Assembly (NCBI GenBank): GCA_038064975.1
Contig: JBBTRX010000001.1
Location: 336 to 64,335, forward strand
From: Patescibacteria group bacterium
Lineage (GTDB): Bacteria; Patescibacteriota; Minisyncoccia; UBA6257; 1-14-0-10-40-38
Reading direction: 5' to 3'
DNA: 64,000 nucleotides
Under the pieces are notes generated by a model that made no database searches, had not been told where the DNA came from, and saw only the letters and a list, made by a program, of their open reading frames with translations. Both the position numbers and the translations under genes were made by a program. This document shows, in pieces, positions 40,386 through 48,678 of the stretch (position 1 is the first letter of the stretch; each line of letters begins with the position of its first letter).

Positions 40386-41381
40386 TTAATAATTCTGTAA
40401 CGAAAACTGCTCAATCTCTTGTTTTAATTTTTGAGTATTACCGTGATTCATGAGACCAAGATACGACAGCACAACTTCATTTTTACCTTTAGTATTTTCA
40501 AGATTTCTAAACATGCGTTTCTTCGTGGCAGATCGAAGCACTCTATGATCAGGGAAGTGTATCCATCCCAGAAAATCAATGCCTGATGCGAACGTCTGCA
40601 AAGAAACTTTATCGGGATGAAGCGTTAGTTTCAATTCCTCCAAAAGAAACGCATGTACGCTTCGGAGCGTGGTTTCAAGCCATGCTTTGTCCGCCGAGAG
40701 AATAACGAAATCATCCGCATAGCGAATATAGTATTTTGCCTTAATCTTGTGTTTCATAAACTGATCAAAAATGTTCATATAAATATTCACGAATAATTGC
40801 GAGGTGAGATTGCCAAGAGGAAGTCCGCGCCCCCGCTCCCCCATGTAGAAACTTCCCACGATTGCCGAGATAAGTCGCAGTATATTTTTTTCTGGAATGT
40901 GCACAAGCATAATCCGCATAAGAATTTCCTGATCGATAGACGCGAAGAATTTACGTATATCACATTTCAGTACCCATGCCGTTTGCATATGATTTTTGGA
41001 AACAATATGCGCATATGACCGGAATTTAGCAATCGCTTTATGCGTTCCTTTTCTCTTCCGACACGAATATGAATCAGCAATAAATCTCCGGTCAAAGAAT
41101 GGATAAAGTACGCGATAGATCGCGCGGTGAAGCAGGCGGTCGCGCACGCTCGCTTTATGGATATTTCTTGGCTTCGGATCAGAAATATTAAACGCCTCAT
41201 ATTCCGAGTGGCGATATATATGTGCGGCAAGATCGCCGTGCAACGCAAAAATATTACTCATAAGATTCAACTCAAATTTCTGCACATCCATGCGGTTACG
41301 CTTGCCGACGATAAATTCCTGCCAGGCGGCGAGGAGATTTTCAACGGAAATGATATGCTCGTAAGTATGGATAAATTTCAT
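40386..41381 (-). CDS. DGR reverse transcriptase
   Basis: KPRNI, RDRLLH, KCDIRKFFASI, GLPLGNLTSQ (SQ motif typical of DGR RTs), YADD, DFLG; 331 aa with no maturase or endonuclease domain. Confidence 0.96.
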   Translation of the reverse strand: MKFIHTYEHIISVENLLAAWQEFIVGKRNRMDVQKFELNLMSNIFALHGDLAAHIYRHSEYEAFNISDPKPRNIHKASVRDRLLHRAIYRVLYPFFDRRFIADSYSCRKRKGTHKAIAKFRSYAHIVSKNHMQTAWVLKCDIRKFFASIDQEILMRIMLVHIPEKNILRLISAIVGSFYMGERGRGLPLGNLTSQLFVNIYMNIFDQFMKHKIKAKYYIRYADDFVILSADKAWLETTLRSVHAFLLEELKLTLHPDKVSLQTFASGIDFLGWIHFPDHRVLRSATKKRMFRNLENTKGKNEVVLSYLGLMNHGNTQKLKQEIEQFSLQNY

Positions 41382-41394
41382 AATACAAGAGATC

Positions 41395-41772
41395 TTGGAA
41401 GTCCCCCCCCCCACGGCTTTACTGCCTGTTTTACAGCAAGTGAAAAGTGCTTACCTTCTCTGGTATGAATACTATCAGATACTTCCGAAACTCCATCGGC
41501 ATACGCTTGGTGAGCGGATTGATAGGTTATTTATAGAGATTATTGAAAACATATCATTCGCGAGTTTTCTCTCACGCGAAGAAAAACAACCCTACGTACG
41601 TGTAGCCATAAGGAAAGTTGATGCGTTAAAAATTCTTCTCATGGTACTTTGGGAAACAAAATCACTTGATAACAAAAAATATATTGCGGTTTCTCTAAAA
41701 ATAGAGGTGATAGGAAAAATGCTTGGAGGCTGGAATGGCCACCTTATAAAACAAAACTCTCCCAAGAAATAG
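41395..41772 (+). CDS. avd: Avd-like four-helix-bundle accessory protein (antisense to RT/TR; start uncertain)
   Basis: LPKLHRHTLGERI...IGKMLGGW; probable native ATG at 41367 is out of frame across the C10 tract. Confidence 0.88.
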   Translation: MEVPPPTALLPVLQQVKSAYLLWYEYYQILPKLHRHTLGERIDRLFIEIIENISFASFLSREEKQPYVRVAIRKVDALKILLMVLWETKSLDNKKYIAVSLKIEVIGKMLGGWNGHLIKQNSPKK

Positions 41773-41792
41773 GGAGAGAAGTGAAGAGAGTT

Positions 41793-41915
41793 GCACGCAG
41801 AGCCGCAGGATTCTGATCGTCCCAGTCGTTGTCGAGCCAGTTGTAGTTCCAGTTCCACCTGCCTTCGTTCCAGTACAGGTACCGGACATTCAGGTTGCCG
41901 TTCGAGTTGCGGTTG
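41793..41915 (-). repeat. DGR template repeat (TR)
   Basis: 123 nt with 33 adenines and 11 AAY codons; reads NRNSNGNLNVRYLYWNEGRWNWNYNWLDNDWDDQNPAALRA. Confidence 0.96.
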
Positions 41916-42150
41916 CGTATGGAGCGCCTTCAGAGCCACTGCCCATTGTCCGCAAAATTTACGGATGCAGAGCTGTATCGTATCCGGCATCGAAAATGCC
42001 TTAGCGCCCCACACCAAGTTGTTTCACTTTTTTAAAAGCTGCGGAGACCACTCCATCCCTAACCGTGATCAAAGATGCTCTGGGCACATCCGTTGCTTGG
42101 CCTCGGTAGCGGGAAACCGTGATCGCCCGCGTATGCACCACTGCCATATT
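41916..42150 (-). ncRNA. Structured 5' leader of the putative DGR RNA
   Basis: Several hairpins, two of them with an identical apical GAUCACGGUU. Confidence 0.55.
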
Positions 42151-42160
42151 CATGATATCA

Positions 42161-42214
42161 AAAATTAAAAGACCCCGTGTCCCCAAGCTTTGGTAGCTTG
42201 AGGAACACGGGGCC
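42161..42214 (-). terminator. Long hairpin plus U-tract downstream of the target gene
   Basis: CCCCGTGTTCCTCAAGCT-ACCAA-AGCTTGGGGACACGGGG followed by TCTTTTAATTTTT. Confidence 0.75.
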
Positions 42215-42308
42215 GAGTGGAGGATCCCCCGAACGTTCTGATGGGAACGAGCGGGCAAAGTACTAAGGATCTAAAGAGTCCCTAGGTTCAGAGATCCAAG
42301 CTCATCAA

Positions 42309-42899
42309 CTAGGCACGCAGAGCCGCAGGATCCTGACCGTCCCAGCCGTCGTCGAGCCAGCGGCAGCTCCAGTCCCACCTGCCTCCGTCCCAGTACAGGT
42401 ACCGGACACCCAGGTTGCCGTTCGAGTGGCGGTAGATGGTTCCCCAGAAGAAGGTGTAGCGAGTGCGACCCTTGTCGTCCTGCTTCCAGTCTTCCGGGAT
42501 GAGGTACGGATGCGCGAGGAGGTAATCAAGGACGCAGGCATTCAATACCGGCTGCCCTTGAAGTTGCTTGCGAAGTTCCGTCCCTCGGATCGTCTTGCCT
42601 TCCTTCTGTGGGTCAGAGAGGAAGAGATTCACCTTCGCAGGATCCCATTTCCACTGACCACCCTTCTGGTGATCTTCGATCTTCCAGCCATCAGGGATCA
42701 TCGGGTCCACGTCACAGTCCACGACATGGTCCACAATCCTGATTTCGGCATTGCCGAGCTGGACTTGGAGCAACTGTTTGAAGAGATCGGGCCGTTCTGC
42801 GAGAGCGTTCATGAGCTCCGGAGTGTAACCCTGCCCTTCTGCGACGAGACAGACCTTGTGAGCCAACCCTACGATGGAAAACGCGGACTTCGCCGGCAT
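42309..42899 (-). CDS. DGR target (variable) protein, CLec-type C-terminus
   Basis: The last 41 codons are the VR; AAGGAG SD; no signal peptide; visibly GC-richer than its flanks. Confidence 0.93.
   Translation of the reverse strand: MPAKSAFSIVGLAHKVCLVAEGQGYTPELMNALAERPDLFKQLLQVQLGNAEIRIVDHVVDCDVDPMIPDGWKIEDHQKGGQWKWDPAKVNLFLSDPQKEGKTIRGTELRKQLQGQPVLNACVLDYLLAHPYLIPEDWKQDDKGRTRYTFFWGTIYRHSNGNLGVRYLYWDGGRWDWSCRWLDDGWDGQDPAALRA
42313..42435 (-). repeat. DGR variable repeat (VR)
   Basis: Ungapped match to the TR at offset 520; 15 mismatches, all at TR A. Confidence 0.96.
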
Positions 42900-42974
42900 G
42901 GCGATTCTCCTTGTTTATGCGACTATCCTTTGTGGATATTATCGCGACTGCTAGCGGGCTTCCCAAACATCGGG

Positions 42975-43084
42975 ATTTGCCATAGCAGAAAACCTTCGTA
43001 AAAAGCTTTCTGCTATGGCAAATAGCGTATTTTACTATCAAAGGGCTATGGGTACATTATACATCTGTTTTATTATTTTGTCAA
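42975..43084 (-). promoter_or_regulatory. Target gene promoter and 17-bp inverted repeat in its leader
   Basis: TTGACA (43084-43079), 17 nt, TATAAT (43061-43056); ATTTGCCATAGCAGAAA (42975-42991) and its perfect complement (43007-43023). Confidence 0.8.
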
Positions 43085-43183
43085 ACTGTGTTAAAAAGTC
43101 CAATGTAACGGTTATTTTACACAAAAAAAGGACCCGATTTGTAAGTCGGGCCCGACATGTCTGCGAGGTCGTAGCAGCTATCT

Positions 43184-43768
43184 CTAAGAGGCAGTTACTT
43201 GTCCCTTCTTATCCACCTTCACGCGTTTCGTTTTTCCCCCACCCAAGCGAAGCTCTGAAGTGGTTTCGGAGGGTCTCACGAAGAAGTATTCTGATCCCTT
43301 GCTCACACTGACATGTTCCAAGCCAGCTACAGCTTCGGGCTCTTGAAGAATGCGCTCCTTGTTAATCTCCTCCGCCGCCGGACGGATAAATCTACGTAAT
43401 CCGGCTTCTTTCAATTCTGTAATCGCCTCTTCAGAAGTACCTTTGATCTTCACGCTCGGAGGATTCGTCCTGAACCCAACCATAGCGATCGCAAGATCAA
43501 CTGACTTCCGATCAGCCGGCAAAATTTCGTCTCTATGCATCTTTGCGTACGCGGCGAGACTGCGGGCATTCTGTTCAGCTTGTTGGGCAATTCTTTCAAT
43601 ATCCAATTCCGTTTTTACCATAAGCGCCGTGATCACTTCTTCACGCTTGGATTCTATGGCTTCAATATTGCGCAGTTCAGCGCAGAGCAGAGACAATGCC
43701 CTAGTAAACTCATGATTGTCTTGCAATTCAGGAATAGTAGGTTTCTTTTCGGCTTTCTTCTTTGCCAC
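43184..43768 (-). CDS. Mu Gam-like host-nuclease inhibitor (DNA end-binding) protein
   Basis: Helical N-half then YAKMHRDEI...RKSVDLAIAMVGFRTNPPSV...FIR..EEINKERIL..PE...EYFFVRP, the Phage_Mu_Gam pattern. Confidence 0.8.
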   Translation of the reverse strand: MAKKKAEKKPTIPELQDNHEFTRALSLLCAELRNIEAIESKREEVITALMVKTELDIERIAQQAEQNARSLAAYAKMHRDEILPADRKSVDLAIAMVGFRTNPPSVKIKGTSEEAITELKEAGLRRFIRPAAEEINKERILQEPEAVAGLEHVSVSKGSEYFFVRPSETTSELRLGGGKTKRVKVDKKGQVTAS

Positions 43769-43939
43769 GTTTCACCTCTTCTGGTTCAGGTTTTTGGAAA
43801 GGTTCAGGGATTTTACTCTATCACATACCATTCTCAATTGACAAAATTTATATATACAACTATAGTATATCCGCAGTTTTTAAGAGAACGTTGATAACAC
43901 AAACCCACGAACAGTGATCTCTCAAAAAAGGAGTCTCAC

Positions 43940-44395
43940 ATGCTCAGTGCAGAAGAAAGAGAAAACATTATTACTATCACTAATCTTGTTCGAACATTCG
44001 GTAAGCGACCAAGCAAAGAGAAAATCATGCCCTTGATTCCATCGTGCATTGCACCGATCGTAAGAAATATTACTAATATTGAATCCTGGAATGGCGCAAC
44101 GCTGGGGCGATATGTAATCATCGCGTGTTTATATGAAGATCCAACGCAGGCATTTTCATACATACTTAACGAGAGATTGAATACCTATGGGAGTCGTAGT
44201 GACATATTCCGACTTCTTGATGTTTCCAAGAATTTTGCAGGTGATAGATTTGAATCTTTACCACTCACACTTCTTACGACACTTGTTCAAGAAATCAAGA
44301 GGGATAGGGGCGTCGGAGAACCCCACGATGGACTGACGCAACGCCAAGCCATCAAGAGACGAATTCACGACGATGAAGAGGGTTTGCATTCGTAG
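43940..44395 (+). CDS. Hypothetical protein
   Basis: TTGACA-17-TATAGT (43838-43866), AAGGAG SD, terminator 44420-44451. Confidence 0.6.
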   Translation: MLSAEERENIITITNLVRTFGKRPSKEKIMPLIPSCIAPIVRNITNIESWNGATLGRYVIIACLYEDPTQAFSYILNERLNTYGSRSDIFRLLDVSKNFAGDRFESLPLTLLTTLVQEIKRDRGVGEPHDGLTQRQAIKRRIHDDEEGLHS

Positions 44396-44462
44396 CCAAC
44401 AAAGACTCTTCCGCTACACAACGGCTCGCTATACCGCGAGCCGTTTTTTTTATTCACCTTCC

Positions 44463-44673
44463 ATAAGCGAGCACATTATTAAAAAGAGACATTCTTATTG
44501 TCTTTTGATAATGTGCGAGCACCCATCATGACGCTCCAAGCGAGTATTCTTTTCTCAAAACTACTAGTAATCCAAGCGAAGATATTCTTTCTTGAAAAAG
44601 GTTAGTCTGCTAGCTTTTTCAAGAAAGAATATACGAGCAATATTCTTATTGCCTTTTGAATACTATACGAGCG
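44463..44673. repeat. Cluster of GCGAG-flanked hairpin repeats
   Basis: Hairpins such as ATATTCTTTCTTGAAAAAG...CTTTTTCAAGAAAGAATAT bounded by CGAGC; related to 24184-24353. Confidence 0.65.
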
Positions 44674-44677
44674 TCTC

Positions 44678-46117
44678 TTAAAGCCGTTCCTTAAAAAGCT
44701 TCTGCAATACTTCCGGATTTCCTTTGCCTTTCAATTCCGCCATTGCTTTACCAACAAGAAATTGGAGAGCGTTTCCTTTCCCTTTTTTAAAGTCTTCTAC
44801 TGCATTCGGATGCGCGGCAATAATACGGTCCGCCATCGTACCCAATTCACCTTCGTCCGAAACCTGTACCACATCCAAACTCTTTAAAATCTCATGTGGA
44901 TCCCCGCCCATCTCACACATGCGAAGCAATACATCTTTTGCTCCTCTACTGGAAACCGTTTTATGGGAAATAAGTTCAATTAAATCCGCAAAATGCTCCG
45001 GCGTAAGCTTTGCCGCATCAAACGTTTCTCCCCGTTCTATCAGCATACCCCGCACGTCGGAGGTAAGATAGTTCGCGAGCAACTGCATCTCCTGCGCGAG
45101 ATGTTCATTATCTTCTTCGGCAAGTTCGGAAACTGATTCTTCAAAAAACTGCGCCATCTTGCGATCACTAATAATCGTTTCAATAACATCCGCTTTAAGA
45201 GCGAACTCTTTTGCAAACCGAACTCTCTTTTCCTGGGGAAGTTCCGGAATGGAAGCTTTAATTTCGCCGAGCTTGAATCGGGAAAGGTCTAAAGGCGGAA
45301 TATCTGGTTCCGGAAAATAGCGATAATCATGCGCACTTTCTTTAGCGCGTTGTGAGACGGTTGCCCGCCGAGATTCATTCCATCCGCGCGTTTCCTGTCG
45401 GATAGTTTCTCCGTTCGTAAGCGCTTCCGTCTGCCGCAGTGTTTCATACTCAATCGCCCCCTGCACAGCTTTGAAGGAGTTAATATTTTTCACTTCTACT
45501 TTGGTTCCAAATTTTACTTCCCCATCCACCAGACGTCCCATAGAAATATTTGCCTCAACGCGCATCTGCCCACGTTCCATATCCGCATCCGAAACTTGAA
45601 GGTAGCGAAGGAGGAGCTGAAGTTCTTTCGCGAACTGCACAGCGTCCTCGGCATTTCTGATATCAGGTTCGGTAACAAGTTCCATAAGCGGTACACCTGC
45701 CCGATTAAAGTCCACGAGAGAATGTGCGCCGTCTTCGGCATGCATAAGCCGTGCCGTATCTTCTTCCAAATGGACGCGCGTAATGCGGACGCCGTTTAAA
45801 TTGCCACCAAAAACAAGCGGAAGATCATACTGCGAAATTTGATATCCCTTAGGAAGGTCAGGATAAAAATAATTTTTTCGGTCAAATTTTGAAAACTGCG
45901 GCGTATCCCCCTTGAGCGCCATACCAACTTTAATCACGGCTTCAATCGCCGATTTATTAGGAACTGGAAGCGTACCCGGATGACCCAAACAGATTGGGCA
46001 TACGTTCGTATTCGGATGCTTTTCTTCCGGGTTGTTTAGCGAATCACAGAACATCTTCGTCCTGGTTTTAAGCTCGGTGTGGATTTCTAGGCCAATAACG
46101 GGAATATATTTAGACAT
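44678..46117 (-). CDS. gatB: Asp/Glu-tRNA amidotransferase subunit B
   Basis: IGLEIH, YFYPDLPKGYQISQ, DYRYFPEPD; start moved to ATG 46117. Confidence 0.98.
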   Translation of the reverse strand: MSKYIPVIGLEIHTELKTRTKMFCDSLNNPEEKHPNTNVCPICLGHPGTLPVPNKSAIEAVIKVGMALKGDTPQFSKFDRKNYFYPDLPKGYQISQYDLPLVFGGNLNGVRITRVHLEEDTARLMHAEDGAHSLVDFNRAGVPLMELVTEPDIRNAEDAVQFAKELQLLLRYLQVSDADMERGQMRVEANISMGRLVDGEVKFGTKVEVKNINSFKAVQGAIEYETLRQTEALTNGETIRQETRGWNESRRATVSQRAKESAHDYRYFPEPDIPPLDLSRFKLGEIKASIPELPQEKRVRFAKEFALKADVIETIISDRKMAQFFEESVSELAEEDNEHLAQEMQLLANYLTSDVRGMLIERGETFDAAKLTPEHFADLIELISHKTVSSRGAKDVLLRMCEMGGDPHEILKSLDVVQVSDEGELGTMADRIIAAHPNAVEDFKKGKGNALQFLVGKAMAELKGKGNPEVLQKLFKERL

Positions 46118-46179
46118 AAGGTATTGCTCTATAATAGCAAAATAAAAGTGCCCCGCGAAAGCGGGGCTGAAAGAAGGCA

Positions 46180-46965
46180 TTAAACCTTCCGATGAGATGT
46201 TTTGTACCACGGAAGTCCATCTGCAATTTCAATCTCGTAATCCCCAAATACATTAGGACAACGTTCTTGCATCGTAGCGGCTACTTTCCCAAAAACAACC
46301 CTGATCTCTTCCTCGGCATTCGGATCAGTACGCATTTCGATACAGTGGCGAAGCGCGCGCAGATTTGCCGACCATCCGATAGCCGTTGCAAGGCCATCAG
46401 GAGCCGCACGGCGAAGCGCGCTTGTCACTTTCTTCTTGTAGTCAAATTTCGTGCCCGGCTTATCAAGTTCATAGATTCCAGCGAGTTTACGCTGAAGTTC
46501 TTCACCTTGGCGGACATGCTCAAGAATCAACTCCACTCCTTCGGGCTTTTCCTTCAGAATAGAAGGAATCCAGAATCCAATCTCGTCGAGACGGACAAAG
46601 CGCAAACTTTCTTGAGATATTGCCGTTCCGGCGCGATGGCGCACGAGCTCGTGCGTGAACACGCGACTAACGTTCGCAAAAACGAATGTAAACATGGCAT
46701 GTTCTATGACTGAACCATGTCCGACGTGAATGATGTGCTCTAGATATTCCTTACTGCCTTCCCTGACTTTGGTGACGTTAGGATTCAATCCTGGAGCAAA
46801 ACTCTTATAACAAAGCCGTCCCATCATTTCTACTAACTCTTCACTATCGCTGGGAGCGTCCGTCATCCATTCGGGAGCGCCTACAAATTCCAGATATTCG
46901 CTTGCCGAACCACGATCAAGCTGAGTTGCCGCAAGGAGAAAGCTTCTCGGTTCTACGAGTTTCAT
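46180..46965 (-). CDS. thyX: FAD-dependent thymidylate synthase
   Basis: GHGSVIEH, HELVRHR...SQESLRF, EEIR; start moved to ATG 46965. Confidence 0.93.
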   Translation of the reverse strand: MKLVEPRSFLLAATQLDRGSASEYLEFVGAPEWMTDAPSDSEELVEMMGRLCYKSFAPGLNPNVTKVREGSKEYLEHIIHVGHGSVIEHAMFTFVFANVSRVFTHELVRHRAGTAISQESLRFVRLDEIGFWIPSILKEKPEGVELILEHVRQGEELQRKLAGIYELDKPGTKFDYKKKVTSALRRAAPDGLATAIGWSANLRALRHCIEMRTDPNAEEEIRVVFGKVAATMQERCPNVFGDYEIEIADGLPWYKTSHRKV

Positions 46966-47051
46966 GGAAGTTCCGCCTTTCTTGTAAGGAACCGTTCTGA
47001 ACGGTATCAGTTTATAAAAATAAAAACAAGCGCATCTCTGAGAAGCGCTTG

Positions 47052-47630
47052 TTACCACAAGACCAATCTCCTATCAGGAGATCTTACGGTAAATGTTATT
47101 TCATCAACCTTTGGGATGCAAAGAGCGAGTTCATATACCGTATCAAAGCGATATATGCTTCCAAAAACCGGGGACACACTTCTATAAAAACGACCAGCAA
47201 AGTATGCATGACCGCCATAACCAATAACGATGTGGCGAAGATTTTGAGGATTCTGATACATCGCCCTCTGCGAAATCGTAGGTTCACTACTATTGTATTC
47301 AAAAAAGACCGATTCTTTATCAATGGGAATAGCGACGCCGTGACACACTACAGAGAGAACGTTCTCACAAACAATATAAATTAATTTATTGCCGCTTTTC
47401 CTCCATATCTCTTGAGCTTCTTTACGAGTCCCATTCAAAAGAAAAGGCTGGAGGTATCCTTGTGTTGTACCTCCTATAATATCAGTTCGCAAACCCCATG
47501 TTTTTCGAGATTTTTCGAATTCTGATATTGCGAGAGAAATATCTTTCCATGTAGTACAAACTTTGTACGGCAAAACAAACTCTTCACCAAAACGCTCTTG
47601 AATCCATTGCAAACGAGCGATCTTCTTCAC
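47052..47630 (-). CDS. Hypothetical protein between dcd and thyX
   Basis: GGAGG SD with GTG start; AT-rich; no family recognised. Confidence 0.6.
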   Translation of the reverse strand: MKKIARLQWIQERFGEEFVLPYKVCTTWKDISLAISEFEKSRKTWGLRTDIIGGTTQGYLQPFLLNGTRKEAQEIWRKSGNKLIYIVCENVLSVVCHGVAIPIDKESVFFEYNSSEPTISQRAMYQNPQNLRHIVIGYGGHAYFAGRFYRSVSPVFGSIYRFDTVYELALCIPKVDEITFTVRSPDRRLVLW

Positions 47631-47783
47631 GTGAACCTCCTCTCTCTTGAATTTCCTAGGATGTAAAACGTACTGTCCAATAGACTATCAACTATCATTT
47701 TTAAAAGCAATAAATCATATTTTGCAATAAAAAGTGCCCCGCGAAAACGGGGCGGAGAAGATCAAGTCTTCTCTTGTGAAAAC

Positions 47784-48554
47784 CTACCGATCCGAGGTAG
47801 GAGCGAGTCCATGACGAATCGGTTTCTGAGGACAGAGGGTATCCACGACCTGCACCAATTTCTGCCAATCAGCTTCCTGCGCCTCCCTATCACGGTACAT
47901 CTGCGGAAGCATCATGGACGGCTTCCAATCCGCCTTCAGCTTTTCCAAGTCGGTGCTTCCCTGATATTTGCCATCGTGAGCGTAATCATCGGGAATCGCC
48001 TCCACCTCGAAAAACGCGATCTGTGCGAACCGGCAGCCAACGGGAAGTGGGATGTAATACTCTGACGAGGAGTTGGTTACTTCCATCGTCCAACGATTGA
48101 AGTAACCAACGTCTCCCCACCCCGCACATTTGCAAACTGAGAGAAATACCCTGCCAGTGCTTGAGCGAGCCTTCATTTCAGTGGTGACACATCTCCTGCC
48201 ACCAATGAATTCATTGGTATGACAAAGAAGCATTTCGCCAGGAGCAATCAAGATAACTTGCGTATCCGGATCGATGCCCTTGAGACCCGTGAGACTGGCA
48301 ATGTCTCGTTGTTTTTCCAACCACTTTCGCAAAGGCTGCGCTTCTTGAGGATCTCCCCAAATCCGTTCCACATCATCTTCATTGTAGGGATTGAAAATCC
48401 GACGCCCTCCCTCATTCTTCTGAGCACGGAAATAATAAGAGCCAAGTGTTACGTCATAACTTACCGTCTTGAGATTCCGTGAATCGAACGGATCGATCAC
48501 GACGTTCCCGGCTTTCATATGCCGGAGAATTGCAGGCTTTGAAAGCAGAGACAT
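47784..48554 (-). CDS. dcd: dCTP deaminase (trimeric dUTPase superfamily)
   Basis: SYDVTLG, ARSSTGR, AGWGDVGY...WTMEV, AQIAF, GKYQ. Confidence 0.88.
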   Translation of the reverse strand: MSLLSKPAILRHMKAGNVVIDPFDSRNLKTVSYDVTLGSYYFRAQKNEGGRRIFNPYNEDDVERIWGDPQEAQPLRKWLEKQRDIASLTGLKGIDPDTQVILIAPGEMLLCHTNEFIGGRRCVTTEMKARSSTGRVFLSVCKCAGWGDVGYFNRWTMEVTNSSSEYYIPLPVGCRFAQIAFFEVEAIPDDYAHDGKYQGSTDLEKLKADWKPSMMLPQMYRDREAQEADWQKLVQVVDTLCPQKPIRHGLAPTSDR

Positions 48555-48678
48555 GAGCTTTACCTCCGTTATCAGGTGTTAATGTTAAAGTGCCTCGGCA
48601 GAAGTATACAGAAAAAATTACTCAAAAGGCAAACAAAAAAGCCCTGACGGGCTTTTTTGTTAAAAGAATATTGTAAGC

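Larger units (their letters stand above)
40386..42899 (-). mobile_element. Diversity-generating retroelement (target-VR, TR, avd, RT)
   Basis: All four components present; TR/VR mismatches occur only at TR adenines. Confidence 0.97.

Noticed and set aside
40386-41381. RT as a group II intron, retron or CRISPR-associated RT
   Set aside because: Short, has the SQ motif, lacks maturase/endonuclease domains, and is accompanied by Avd and an A-specific TR/VR pair
41592-42258. ORFs overlapping the TR and its leader (41592-42017, 41695-41889, 41791-42168, 42001-42258)
   Set aside because: No SD or recognisable protein features; best explained as chance frames over non-coding DGR RNA
42426-43001. 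191-aa plus-strand ORF and similar long antisense ORFs (e.g. 28051-28554, 50614-51225, 54746-55402)
   Set aside because: Shadows of real genes on the opposite strand
43184-44395. Prophage around gam and the DGR
   Set aside because: No integrase, transposase, terminase or structural genes; flanks are thrS and gatB
47784-48554. Anti-phage dCTP deaminase
   Set aside because: Motifs are those of the trimeric Dcd/dUTPase family, not the zinc-dependent deaminase with kinase domain used in defence
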